Shown one piece after another: positions 29,434 to 38,370 of a stretch of DNA of 47,305 bases. The notes below the pieces were generated by a model. That model was not told the DNA's origin. It ran no database searches and saw only the letters and a program-made list of their open reading frames with translations. The position numbers and the translations under genes were made by a program. Source of the stretch: a virus. Its lineage: Duplodnaviria; Caudoviricetes. Every line of letters starts with the position of its first letter. The first letter of the stretch is position 1. The stretch lies in IMG/VR virus record IMGVR_UViG_3300032216_001609, positions 1 through 47,305 of that record, one strand, 5' to 3'.

Positions 29434-29456
29434 TTTTTGTCCTATCTTTTAAAAGA

Positions 29457-30782
29457 TTACTTGTTGTGTACAAGCACTCCACTTAAGAAGAACCAGTCAT
29501 AAGGTTCGCAGTTATATTGATATACATTGTATATTGCATCTGTGAGATAGTCAACCTTAGTAATTTCTACTTCGTGTTTTTCTCCTGAAGAATCTACTGT
29601 TACTAATGATTCCCCAATTTCGACGTAATATGCCTCTTTAATCTTATATTCTCCCGCTATGGTTTTAACAAATACTGGTTGAGTAAATGTTACCTTAGTG
29701 TCAATATTATTATTAAAGTACATAATATCTGCTTCTTGAGTTTCTTCAATTGAAACAATTGTTGTTTCCACAAATTCTCCAACTGTTAAGTTTTCAGAAT
29801 TCCAAGTAGAGATCTGATAAGAATCTGCTACTGATGGATCAATTTGATTGATTACAACTGATTTAATTTTATCTCCTACCTGTAAGAACTTAGCTGGCAC
29901 TTGACCATCCATAGTATCTACAAGTGTATTTTCTTCTACGCATGGTGGTCCGAACCAAGGGATGTACGACGCAAAGGACGGTGGTGCGAAGAACCCAGGT
30001 GGTGAGAAGAATCCTGGTGGTGAGAAGAATCCTGGAGGTGCGAAGAACCCAGGTGGTGCGAAGAACCCAGGAGGTGCGAAGAACCCAGGAGGTGAGAAGA
30101 ATCCTGGTGGTGAGAAGAATCCTGGAGGTGCGAAGAACCCTGGAGGGGAGAAGAACCCTGGAGGCGAGAAGAATGAAGGAGGGGAGAAGAAAGTTGTAAC
30201 GCTATTAGACTGTGCTGATGTTAAGCCGTTTCCATTACCGTTTGTAGCATAAACATTGTATGTCTGTGCTGTTCCTTGTTCCTGAGCAACGTTAACTGAT
30301 GTTCCTGTTGCTGTATCTCCTGACTTTCCATCATCTGATGTCCAGTGATAGTTAGTTACCGCTGATCCACCAGTTGCTGGTGCACTCCATGAAACAACGT
30401 CTACTCCAGCTGATGAAGAAGAAGCTGAAGGAGTTCCAACCCGATCAGGTACTGTTGTTGGTGTTACTGAGTTTGATGTTGTAGTAGGACCATTACCAAC
30501 TGCATTAGATGGAGTTATTGTAAATGTGTAAGCAACTCCGCCAGCTAAACCTGTAAAGGCATATGATGTTAAAGTTGTTGTTTGTGTTGTAGTTGCTGGA
30601 CTTGACACTATACTATATAGTGTAGCTGGTGATGATAATGGATCAAGCGTCCAAGTTAGGTTTGCTGACCCGTTATTAAACGCTCCTCCATTAACACCAG
30701 TGGCTGTAAATCCAGTAACAGCGAACGGCTGAAGGAAGTTATCCGAAGCCGAGCTCTTAATACCGATTTTCTTATTTGCCAT
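29457..30782 (-). CDS. Two fibronectin-III domains + (FF[S/A]PPG)12 repeat + C-terminal Hint (intein-like) domain
   Basis: FN3 motifs (LTWT...YTFTITPSNAVG; VSWSAPATGGS..TNY); Hint begins CVEENTLV..DG...LQVGD at aa 281 and ends VLVHNK-stop; GGAG RBS. Confidence 0.85.
   Translation of the reverse strand: MANKKIGIKSSASDNFLQPFAVTGFTATGVNGGAFNNGSANLTWTLDPLSSPATLYSIVSSPATTTQTTTLTSYAFTGLAGGVAYTFTITPSNAVGNGPTTTSNSVTPTTVPDRVGTPSASSSSAGVDVVSWSAPATGGSAVTNYHWTSDDGKSGDTATGTSVNVAQEQGTAQTYNVYATNGNGNGLTSAQSNSVTTFFSPPSFFSPPGFFSPPGFFAPPGFFSPPGFFSPPGFFAPPGFFAPPGFFAPPGFFSPPGFFSPPGFFAPPSFASYIPWFGPPCVEENTLVDTMDGQVPAKFLQVGDKIKSVVINQIDPSVADSYQISTWNSENLTVGEFVETTIVSIEETQEADIMYFNNNIDTKVTFTQPVFVKTIAGEYKIKEAYYVEIGESLVTVDSSGEKHEVEITKVDYLTDAIYNVYQYNCEPYDWFFLSGVLVHNK
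29976..30191 (-). repeat. 12 x 18-bp tandem coding repeat, FF[S/A]PP[G/S]
   Basis: Read directly; variation is synonymous or S/A and G/S only. Confidence 0.97.
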
Positions 30783-30808
30783 TGTTATCTCCTATTTTTT
30801 TAATCTAA

Positions 30809-33037
30809 TTAAGCTGAAAGGTCTCCGACAAGTACCCATGTGTCTGTAGCTCTCTTAATAAGAGTTGCTGATGACCACTGTGCACGAAGCTTGAGTCCTG
30901 GTGTTGCGTTAATTGTAACTCCAGAAGCTGCTGCTACATCTACTGCGCCTGCGCCTACACGAAGTATATCAATTGAAGTACCTATTGGGTATGCAATTGT
31001 AGCATTCGTTGGAACTGTCAATGTAATTGCTGAACCTGAGTTCATTTCAATCATTGCATCACGTTCTGTTAATGCTGAAAGTGTATAAGATACTGTCTTT
31101 GAAGCAATTGTTGTTAAAGATGGAACGCCTACCTTAGTCTGTGTTCCGTCTGAAAGCTGTACACCATTTGCTGACAAGTTGGTTGTTCCAGATACTGTAA
31201 TATTAGCTACAGTATTTGTACCAGTAAATGTTGGGCTTGCTAATGTTGCATATCCTGCAATGCTTGCACCTGCGGGAATTGTTACTGTTCCTGTAAATGT
31301 TGGTGAAGCAATTGGTGCTTTAAGAGCAATTGAGTTTGTAACTGTTGTTGAGAAAGCTGCATCATTTCCAAGAGCTGTTGCCAATTCATTAAGTGTATCT
31401 AATGCTGCTGGTGCTGAAGCTACAAGGTTTGAAACTGCTGTACCAACAAAAGCTGTTGTTGCAACTTGTGTAGTTGCTGTTCCTGCTGTAGCTGTAGGTG
31501 CTGTTGGAACGCCTGTTAATGCTGGTGAAGCTAATGGTGCAAATCCTGCAATTGAAGCTCCTGCTGGAATTGTTACTGTACCAGTAAATGTTGGGCTTGC
31601 AACTGGTGCCTTAAGGGCAATTGCTGTAGCCTGTGCTGTTGAAACTGGCTTAGCTGAATCTGCTGTATTATCAACATTTCCAAGTCCTACCATTGTAGCT
31701 GTAATACCAGAAACTGTGCCAGTAAATGTTGGTGAGGCAAGTGGGGCCTTTAAAGCATCTGCTGTATCAACATAAGATTTTGTTGCAAGAGCTGAAGTAT
31801 CTGCAATTCCGTGTACGTTTGTTGTACCTGAATTATGTGCTGCAACTTTATTTGTAGCATCTGTTGATGCTGCTGCTGTTGCTGCTGATTGAGCATTATT
31901 TGCCTTAGTAGTTGCATCTGCTGAAGCTGCTGTTTGAGCAGCATTTGCCTTAGTGGTTGCATCTGTTGAAGCTGCTCCAATTGCAGCTGCTTGAGCAGCA
32001 TTTGCCTTAGCGGTTGCATCTGCTGAAGCAGTTGAAACTGATGCGGCATCTCCAGAAACTCTAAGAGCTGCTTCTGATGCTATAGCAGCTGCACGGTTTC
32101 CAACTGTATCTACAACTGCTGTATCAACAGTAATTGTAAGTGTATTTGCTGCATCATCATAAGTCTTAACAAGACCAGAACCTACTGAGAGGAAGCCTGC
32201 TGCTTCATCTTGAATTTTTTCTACGATGCTTGAAGTTGTTACGTATGTACTTGCTGCATCTGCAATCTTAAGCCAGTCTGAGTCAGCACGAGCAGTTGTA
32301 AGATATCCTGAAATATTTGCTCCTGCTGGGATTACTACCTGACCTGTAAATGTTGGGTTATTGATAGGAGCTTTAGTAGCTAAAGCTGTTGTTAAAGTTG
32401 TTGAGTAGTTTGCATCGTTGTTTAGTGCTGCTGCTAGCTCATTAAGTGTATCTAATGTTCCAGGAGCTCCATTTACTAAGCTTGATACTGCAGAATCAAC
32501 ATATTGCTTTGTAGCAGTTGTTGTTGAAATTCCAATAACACCAGTTGATTCAATATAATTAATTCCGCTGCCTGCTGAGAATAGTTTTTTAATTTCAAGG
32601 CTATTGATCTGTTGTTTTGGAACCAAAGTGTTTGCATCAAGTGTTGCTACACCAAATGCTGCACCTTTATCGCTTTCTGGAACATATGTTGCATCTGCTG
32701 TATTTTGTAATCCTTGAATTGATGAGTCTACATATGATTTAAGGGCAACAACAGATGAATCAACGTTAATTGATATTGTATTTGCTCCATCATTATATGT
32801 CTTGGTAAGACCAGAACCTAGGGTAAGGGCTGCATTAATTGCATCCTGAGAAATTTCTCCAATTGTTGCTGTGTCAGCTGCTGCATATGAAAGAGAACCC
32901 CATGTACTAGTTCCGTTACCGAACTTAAATTTATTTGTGTCTGTTTCTACACCCATTTCGCCTGCTGCGAGAATTGGGTTTACTGAAGACCAGTCTGCTG
33001 CGAGACCTCTTCTTACTTGAATTCTTACTGTTGACAT
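30809..33037 (-). CDS. Long fibre-like virion protein with an Mtd_N/hyaluronidase-type N-terminus
   Basis: RIQVRRG...NPILAAGEMGVETDTNKFKFGNG; APxASPTFTGTV, DATTKANAAQ and APxxLDTLNELA repeats. Confidence 0.75.
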   Translation of the reverse strand: MSTVRIQVRRGLAADWSSVNPILAAGEMGVETDTNKFKFGNGTSTWGSLSYAAADTATIGEISQDAINAALTLGSGLTKTYNDGANTISINVDSSVVALKSYVDSSIQGLQNTADATYVPESDKGAAFGVATLDANTLVPKQQINSLEIKKLFSAGSGINYIESTGVIGISTTTATKQYVDSAVSSLVNGAPGTLDTLNELAAALNNDANYSTTLTTALATKAPINNPTFTGQVVIPAGANISGYLTTARADSDWLKIADAASTYVTTSSIVEKIQDEAAGFLSVGSGLVKTYDDAANTLTITVDTAVVDTVGNRAAAIASEAALRVSGDAASVSTASADATAKANAAQAAAIGAASTDATTKANAAQTAASADATTKANNAQSAATAAASTDATNKVAAHNSGTTNVHGIADTSALATKSYVDTADALKAPLASPTFTGTVSGITATMVGLGNVDNTADSAKPVSTAQATAIALKAPVASPTFTGTVTIPAGASIAGFAPLASPALTGVPTAPTATAGTATTQVATTAFVGTAVSNLVASAPAALDTLNELATALGNDAAFSTTVTNSIALKAPIASPTFTGTVTIPAGASIAGYATLASPTFTGTNTVANITVSGTTNLSANGVQLSDGTQTKVGVPSLTTIASKTVSYTLSALTERDAMIEMNSGSAITLTVPTNATIAYPIGTSIDILRVGAGAVDVAAASGVTINATPGLKLRAQWSSATLIKRATDTWVLVGDLSA

Positions 33038-33069
33038 TTATGCCACCCCTTATTTTATATTATTTGTAA

Positions 33070-33078
33070 AGTATACCA
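33070..33078 (-). promoter_or_regulatory. Extended -10 promoter upstream of the fibre-Hint-oxygenase gene run
   Basis: TGGTATACT in the intergenic gap. Confidence 0.55.
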
Positions 33079-33093
33079 TTTTTTCAATTACAA

Positions 33094-33450
33094 TTACTGA
33101 ATTGTGCTTGAGTCAAATGATATGTCAAACGATGATGTTGCTGGGGTTCCGCCGTCAGCGAATTTAGTTGCTGTTGTTACAACCCCGTTTGCTTGTACTG
33201 TATAAACAGGACTACCATCATAATCAATAGCTAATCCAATATCCATAAAGTTTATAGCGCCAGTCGTATCTACTACGTCTGTTGTATGTGCAAGAGAATA
33301 GGTAGTTCCATTAATTAGAACCTGTAGTCTTCCTGTTGTTTGATCAAAAGATATCGGGGCGGTGCCTAATACAAGATTAGAATCAAACGTTGCTGTACCA
33401 GCTACATTTAATCCATTTTTTACTCTAAAATTTTTATCTACTGTTGCCAT
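33094..33450 (-). CDS. Small virion accessory protein
   Basis: 118 aa; N-terminus MATVDKNFRVKNGL closely resembles that of 33521..34888. Confidence 0.6.
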   Translation of the reverse strand: MATVDKNFRVKNGLNVAGTATFDSNLVLGTAPISFDQTTGRLQVLINGTTYSLAHTTDVVDTTGAINFMDIGLAIDYDGSPVYTVQANGVVTTATKFADGGTPATSSFDISFDSSTIQ

Positions 33451-33520
33451 TTAAGTTCACATATCCCCTAATTGTTTTGGTGGGGCTTTTAAAAGGAGCC
33501 CCTCAACCTTTATTATTTAA

Positions 33521-34888
33521 TTATTTAATTAATGTTGCGATTACTGTTACTGTAGTATTTGCATTTACAGTGTTAACTGATATTCCAACGTTTCCGCCTG
33601 AATATGTTGCTGTTGTAGTTCCAAGATCTCCATTTGTTCCAACTGTAGCAAATTCTGTAATTGCTATGTTATTTGAAGAATCAAGAGAAAGAAGAACCTC
33701 TGAAATCTGTGTATGAGTTCCTGTTGCAAATTTTACCAAGAGCTTAGCTGATGCGTAAGATGAAGCTGCCCAAGACATAACAGATGCTCCAGTTGATACT
33801 GATGCTAGTACTGCTTGTACTGCCCGCTCAGATACTAGATCATTAATGTTTACAGCTGTAAACTTTGTAGTTCCGTCTAGAACTGCATTACGTGCTGTAG
33901 CTGCGGTTGCTTCTGCTGCAGCTTGTGCTGCGTTAGCCTTAGTGGTTGCATCAGTTGCTGCAGCTGATGTAGCAGCTGATTGAGCCGAATTAGCCTTAGT
34001 TGTAGCATCTGTGGAAGCTGCTGAAATTGCTTCTGACTTTGCAGTAGCAATTGCTGCTGTAAGTGTTGTAGACTGATTTGTATTAGCTGTGTCTACATAA
34101 TCTTTTGTAGTTGCATCTGTTCCAGCTGTAGGTGTTCCAAGACCAGTGATCTTGTTTGTACCCATTGCAAGGTTGCCAGACATTGTATCGCCTGCTTTTG
34201 AAACCTTGCCTGAAACTGTAGTGGCTAGTGTAGCTGCTGTTCCTTCATCTGCTGTTAATGCGTCAGCAATTTCTTTAAGTGTATCAAGAATTGTTGGAGC
34301 ACCATTAATAAGTGCAGAAATTTTACCATCTGTATATGTTCCAGCAGATGTAATTGCTTCTGATTTAGCAGTTGCAATTTCTGATGTTACTGCTGTACGT
34401 GCTGCTGCTACCTTAGAGGTTGCATCAGATGCTGCTGTACTGATTGCAGCTGCTTGTGCTGCGTTAGCTTTAGTTGTTGCGTCTGCTGCTGCAGTTGAAA
34501 CTGAAGCTGCATCGCCTGAAACTCTAAGTGCTGCTTCTGCAGCTACCTTAGTAGTAGCGTCTGTTGCTGCTGCTGTAATTGCAGCTGATTGAGCATTATT
34601 TGCTTTGGTTGTTGCATCAGATGCTGCTGCAGAAATTGCGGCAGTCTGAGCTGATGAAGCTGCACCGTAAGCATCAAATGTATTTGAGTTTACTGTAAGC
34701 TTACCAGAACCATCTACGTTAAATACGCCTGTATCAACAGACTTTACAAGAGTCGCTCCACCAACAAGGTTGAGGATATAGGCATTTCCGCCTGTTTCTG
34801 TAAGTATATTTTGGCCATTGATTGTACCTGTTGTACCTTCAACAATGAGGCCAGATTTAATTCTAAAGTTTTTTACTACTGTTGCCAT
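33521..34888 (-). CDS. Fibre-like virion protein with Ala-rich repeats
   Basis: 455 aa; DATTKANxAQ repeats; KAGDTMSGNLAMG..KITGLGTP..DATTKDYVD fibre motif. Confidence 0.7.
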   Translation of the reverse strand: MATVVKNFRIKSGLIVEGTTGTINGQNILTETGGNAYILNLVGGATLVKSVDTGVFNVDGSGKLTVNSNTFDAYGAASSAQTAAISAAASDATTKANNAQSAAITAAATDATTKVAAEAALRVSGDAASVSTAAADATTKANAAQAAAISTAASDATSKVAAARTAVTSEIATAKSEAITSAGTYTDGKISALINGAPTILDTLKEIADALTADEGTAATLATTVSGKVSKAGDTMSGNLAMGTNKITGLGTPTAGTDATTKDYVDTANTNQSTTLTAAIATAKSEAISAASTDATTKANSAQSAATSAAATDATTKANAAQAAAEATAATARNAVLDGTTKFTAVNINDLVSERAVQAVLASVSTGASVMSWAASSYASAKLLVKFATGTHTQISEVLLSLDSSNNIAITEFATVGTNGDLGTTTATYSGGNVGISVNTVNANTTVTVIATLIK

Positions 34889-34920
34889 TTATATGACTCC
34901 TCTTACTGCTTTTTTTATTA

Positions 34921-35472
34921 TTACGCCTTGATTGCAGTTCTATAATATCTAACTGATATAGATCCGCTTGCAGGGGTGACTCTTAAACTAATTATACCTG
35001 AATTTTCTTCAAATGTATAAGAAAAAATATTTGTATTACTTGATGCAACAATATTTGATTCTGAAATCAAGATATCTGATGCTGTGCAAGTAACAACAAT
35101 TTCAGATGTGTAAACATCTGCACCTTTTGTTACCTGAATTTTATAAGTTGCTGTTTTCCATGTGTTCTTGTCAAATGAATCTATGACTGTTGGGTTTTCA
35201 ATACCATAAACAGCTAAATCATTATTTCCTTCAAGGCCCAAAAGCTCTGAGATAGTGTCTGATTGATTTGATATTCCTGCCACTGCATTTGAAAGGGTGT
35301 TAACCTTGTATGTTAAAGAATTGGAGTCGGATGAGTTAGTTACGCCCACTGCTGTTTCTAATGCTTCAATTGCATCATTGGCATTAGCGTGTTGGGCTGC
35401 GTGTCCTACTAGTTCATCAGAAGCCGATGGATTTGTAAGGTTATCCTTACTTGTTGGAAATGTGGTTGCCAT
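34921..35472 (-). CDS. Virion accessory protein
   Basis: 183 aa; FPTSKD...HAAQHANANDAIEALE N-terminus; C-terminal beta domain similar to that of 33521..34888. Confidence 0.6.
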   Translation of the reverse strand: MATTFPTSKDNLTNPSASDELVGHAAQHANANDAIEALETAVGVTNSSDSNSLTYKVNTLSNAVAGISNQSDTISELLGLEGNNDLAVYGIENPTVIDSFDKNTWKTATYKIQVTKGADVYTSEIVVTCTASDILISESNIVASSNTNIFSYTFEENSGIISLRVTPASGSISVRYYRTAIKA

Positions 35473-35530
35473 CTATTTAAAGCCTCCTGGCTGGTGGTGC
35501 ATGTTATCTAATTATATCTTAAATATATTT

Positions 35531-35731
35531 CTAATTAGCCCACATTTTTAATGGGCAAGTAGCTGCAACCATCTTTGTTTTAACAGCCATAAAACAACCA
35601 CATTTTTTGCATTGTTTTGTTGCATGTATAAACTGTGGACAAGATTTACACGTTTGGTACCTTTGGTTTGCAACTTCTTCAGAAGCATAGATTGTATTTG
35701 GATTAAATACGTCCCATGGTTTTACTGACAT
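35531..35731 (-). CDS. Small Cys-rich metal-binding protein (DUF6171-like)
   Basis: RYQTCKSC...CKKCGCFM...CPLKMW; start abuts the Hint gene stop. Confidence 0.65.
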   Translation of the reverse strand: MSVKPWDVFNPNTIYASEEVANQRYQTCKSCPQFIHATKQCKKCGCFMAVKTKMVAATCPLKMWAN

Positions 35732-38359
35732 TTACTTATTGTGAATTAATATTCCATTAACAAAGAACCAGTCGTATGGCTCACAGTTAAACTGATAAAC
35801 ATTCATAATCTGATCAGTAATATAATCAATTTTAACAATTTCAATTTCTGAAACAGTTCCATTTGAATCTACAGATACAAGATGCTCTCCTAGTTCAATA
35901 TAGTAAGCCTCTTTAATCTTATACTCTCCCGCCAAAGTTTTAATAAACATTGGCTGTGTAAATGTAACTTTAATATCAATATTTCCATTAAAGTATATAA
36001 TGTCAGCTTCTTGAGTTTCATCTACAGAAACAATTGTGGTTTCTATAAATTCACCTGTTGTTAAAGTATCTGAATTCCAAGTTGATAATTGATATGAATC
36101 AGCTATTGATGGATCAATTTGATCAATTTTAATAGACTTAATTTTATCTCCAACTTGCAAGAACTTAGCTGGCACTTGACCGTCCATGGTGTCAACAAGT
36201 GTATTTTCTTCTACGCATGGTGGTCCAAACCAAGGAATGTAGCTCGGGAATGAAGGTGGAGCAAAGAATCCTGGTGGTGCGAAGAACCCTGGAGGTGCGA
36301 AGAACCCAGGTGGAGCAAAGAATCCTGGTGGTGCGAAGAACCCAGGTGGAGCAAAGAATCCTGGTGGTGCAAATACTGGTGGTGTATTGGAGCATGCTGG
36401 TGGAATTCCAAGTTGTGCAATGATTTGAGCAGAAGTCATTCCTTGTGTAGATGCTGTTCCAGTAATAAAAGAATGTCCTGTAGACGGAGTTGGTGTTCCA
36501 TAACCGCCAGAGTAGTTACCGCTTGGGCCATAACAATCCACATAAATTGGATATCCTGCAGCCACATATTGATATCTTGCAACTGTAACTTGGAACGGCG
36601 GCGTTGTAGTTGCTTGATTATATTGAGTACCTGCAATTGGAGATTGTGATTGAATTGTTCCATCAAGTGATGCATTTGAAGTTGATGGATGACTTCCAGT
36701 TACAACAGTAAAGTTGCCATAATTTCCATCTGATGTTGATCCGCCTACATAATTTGGAATAGTATAATATTGAGTTACTGGAGGAGAATATGAATAAAGA
36801 CTTACGTGTAATACTATAGGAATTGCATTAGATGCTACTTGAGTTCCCCCTGATGGATTTTGAGATGCAACTAGTCCATCATATCCTGCATTTGATGTCA
36901 TAGTTACTGCATCATAATATAAAGTATACACAGAAGTTGAGCTGCCTGCACTTCCTCCAACTAAGTTAGGAATTGAATAATAAGTAATTTGAGCTTGAGA
37001 TGTTGCAGAATTACTTGCAGATACTGGGCCAATAGTTCTTAAATCAGTTAGCAAAACAGTTACAGAACATGTTATTGTCATTCCATCGTATGCAGTTGTA
37101 CTTGCTAAATTAAGTGTAGAATCTGATGCAATATTTAATGTAGACCCATTCGCCCGCCAATCATATATATACATATAAATAGATGATGAGTTAGTCCATG
37201 TTCCTGTGCTACATGTAAATACTCTGCCATTCGTAGTTGAAATAGTTGGAGCCACAGTATTTGATGGTGTTGGGGCTATTGGATAAACTATAGATACTGC
37301 TGGACTTGATGTCCATGAAGTTTGTGTATACCGTGGTGCTGTACCATTAACCTTTACAGTAAATGATCCATATGTGGTACCTCCTGCTCCAATTTGAGAA
37401 ATAGCATATGATGTTGCAGTTGGACCACCACTTCCAACCATTCCGCTAGCAATTAATAGTGTCCCGCCATCATAGATTTCCCAGCTGGTTTGATTAATTA
37501 AATGTGTTGACCAGCTTAAAGTTCCGCCAGTTGAATTTGAAGACATGGATGCAGTTAGTGTTGGTTTGTCTGGTTTTAAATCACTTACAGATGCATTCTT
37601 GCCCCCACCTACAACAGTGGTTCCACTAACATTTGATGTGTTCTTTGGATTTACTAGTATTCCTAAAGTACCTTCTGCTGAACCTGTATCTATTACAAAT
37701 TTTACAACATTTCCATTTACGCTATAAGTACCTTTTGTAGCATCTGTATTATTAACAAGGCTTGTAATTTCAGTAAATGAAACATTTGGTCCTTGATATT
37801 GCATATAATAATCTGTTGCAGCTTTTACTTTATTCCATGTCAGCTCAACAATACCATTTGATGTTACATTTACCGTAATGTCTGTTTGTGCTGCTGAATT
37901 TACAACAGGACTTGCTGATGTATAAATTGTTGTCTTATTACTTCCATAAGAATTTGTAGCTGTTACTTTACATCTAATATTATATCCAACATATTTAAGG
38001 GTTTGAGATGAATCCCATAAATCTTCATTTAAATAAAATGAATTATTTGTTGCTCCAGATATGTCTTGCCATGAAGAGCCATTAATACCCTTTTGCCATT
38101 GATATGTATAAGATGTTGGAGAGTTTGTCCATGAGCCTGTTGATACTGAAATAGTTTCTTGAGCACCATAATAAAACGCACCATTTTGCAAAGATAATAA
38201 TGGCAGTGATGTGTTTACTGGTGTTAAATCTGCAACTGTTTTCCAAGTTGATCCGTCATAAATAAATGCAGCCTTAGAGTCCCGCCAGGTAGACCCGTCG
38301 TAGACCTTAATGTTTTTAAATGGGTTCCATGAAGAGCCATTAAAAATATTCAGCGGCAT
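35732..38359 (-). CDS. Ig-like/PASTA-like adhesin-type virion protein + (FFAPPG)7 repeat + C-terminal Hint domain
   Basis: Two Ig-like repeats (STGxWTN...YxYxW); two PASTA-like repeats; Hint from Cys715 to ILIHNK-stop. Confidence 0.82.
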   Translation of the reverse strand: MPLNIFNGSSWNPFKNIKVYDGSTWRDSKAAFIYDGSTWKTVADLTPVNTSLPLLSLQNGAFYYGAQETISVSTGSWTNSPTSYTYQWQKGINGSSWQDISGATNNSFYLNEDLWDSSQTLKYVGYNIRCKVTATNSYGSNKTTIYTSASPVVNSAAQTDITVNVTSNGIVELTWNKVKAATDYYMQYQGPNVSFTEITSLVNNTDATKGTYSVNGNVVKFVIDTGSAEGTLGILVNPKNTSNVSGTTVVGGGKNASVSDLKPDKPTLTASMSSNSTGGTLSWSTHLINQTSWEIYDGGTLLIASGMVGSGGPTATSYAISQIGAGGTTYGSFTVKVNGTAPRYTQTSWTSSPAVSIVYPIAPTPSNTVAPTISTTNGRVFTCSTGTWTNSSSIYMYIYDWRANGSTLNIASDSTLNLASTTAYDGMTITCSVTVLLTDLRTIGPVSASNSATSQAQITYYSIPNLVGGSAGSSTSVYTLYYDAVTMTSNAGYDGLVASQNPSGGTQVASNAIPIVLHVSLYSYSPPVTQYYTIPNYVGGSTSDGNYGNFTVVTGSHPSTSNASLDGTIQSQSPIAGTQYNQATTTPPFQVTVARYQYVAAGYPIYVDCYGPSGNYSGGYGTPTPSTGHSFITGTASTQGMTSAQIIAQLGIPPACSNTPPVFAPPGFFAPPGFFAPPGFFAPPGFFAPPGFFAPPGFFAPPSFPSYIPWFGPPCVEENTLVDTMDGQVPAKFLQVGDKIKSIKIDQIDPSIADSYQLSTWNSDTLTTGEFIETTIVSVDETQEADIIYFNGNIDIKVTFTQPMFIKTLAGEYKIKEAYYIELGEHLVSVDSNGTVSEIEIVKIDYITDQIMNVYQFNCEPYDWFFVNGILIHNK
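36251..36376 (-). repeat. 7 x 18-bp tandem coding repeat, [F/V]FAPP[G/S]
   Basis: Read directly. Confidence 0.97.
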
Positions 38360-38370
38360 TCATATCCCCT

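Noticed and set aside
29457-29942. Hint domains as ordinary mobile inteins
   Set aside because: They have no homing endonuclease and no C/S/T +1 nucleophile, and they sit at the protein C-terminus rather than inside a conserved enzyme.
29976-30191. 18-bp repeat arrays (also 36251-36376) as CRISPR
   Set aside because: The units are contiguous with no spacers, vary mainly at codon third positions and lie in frame within genes; no cas genes are present.
29924-30252. Plus-strand repeat ORFs (GGAKNP/GGEKNP and VVRRT types)
   Set aside because: These are antisense shadows of the FFxPPG repeat, with no RBS or promoter support.
33482-33502. GGGGCT...AGCCCC hairpin as a terminator
   Set aside because: There is no U-tract on the coding (minus) strand; it may be a stability or pause element but is not supportable as a terminator.
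31179-34592. Long plus-strand Ala/Val-rich ORFs and Gln/Leu-rich alternative-frame ORFs
   Set aside because: They are expected by-products of GCA/GCT/ACA-rich codons in the fibre genes.
29457-36217. Duplicated Hint regions plus Mtd_N-like genes as a diversity-generating retroelement
   Set aside because: There is no reverse transcriptase in the window, both copies are coding, and the differences are not confined to adenines.
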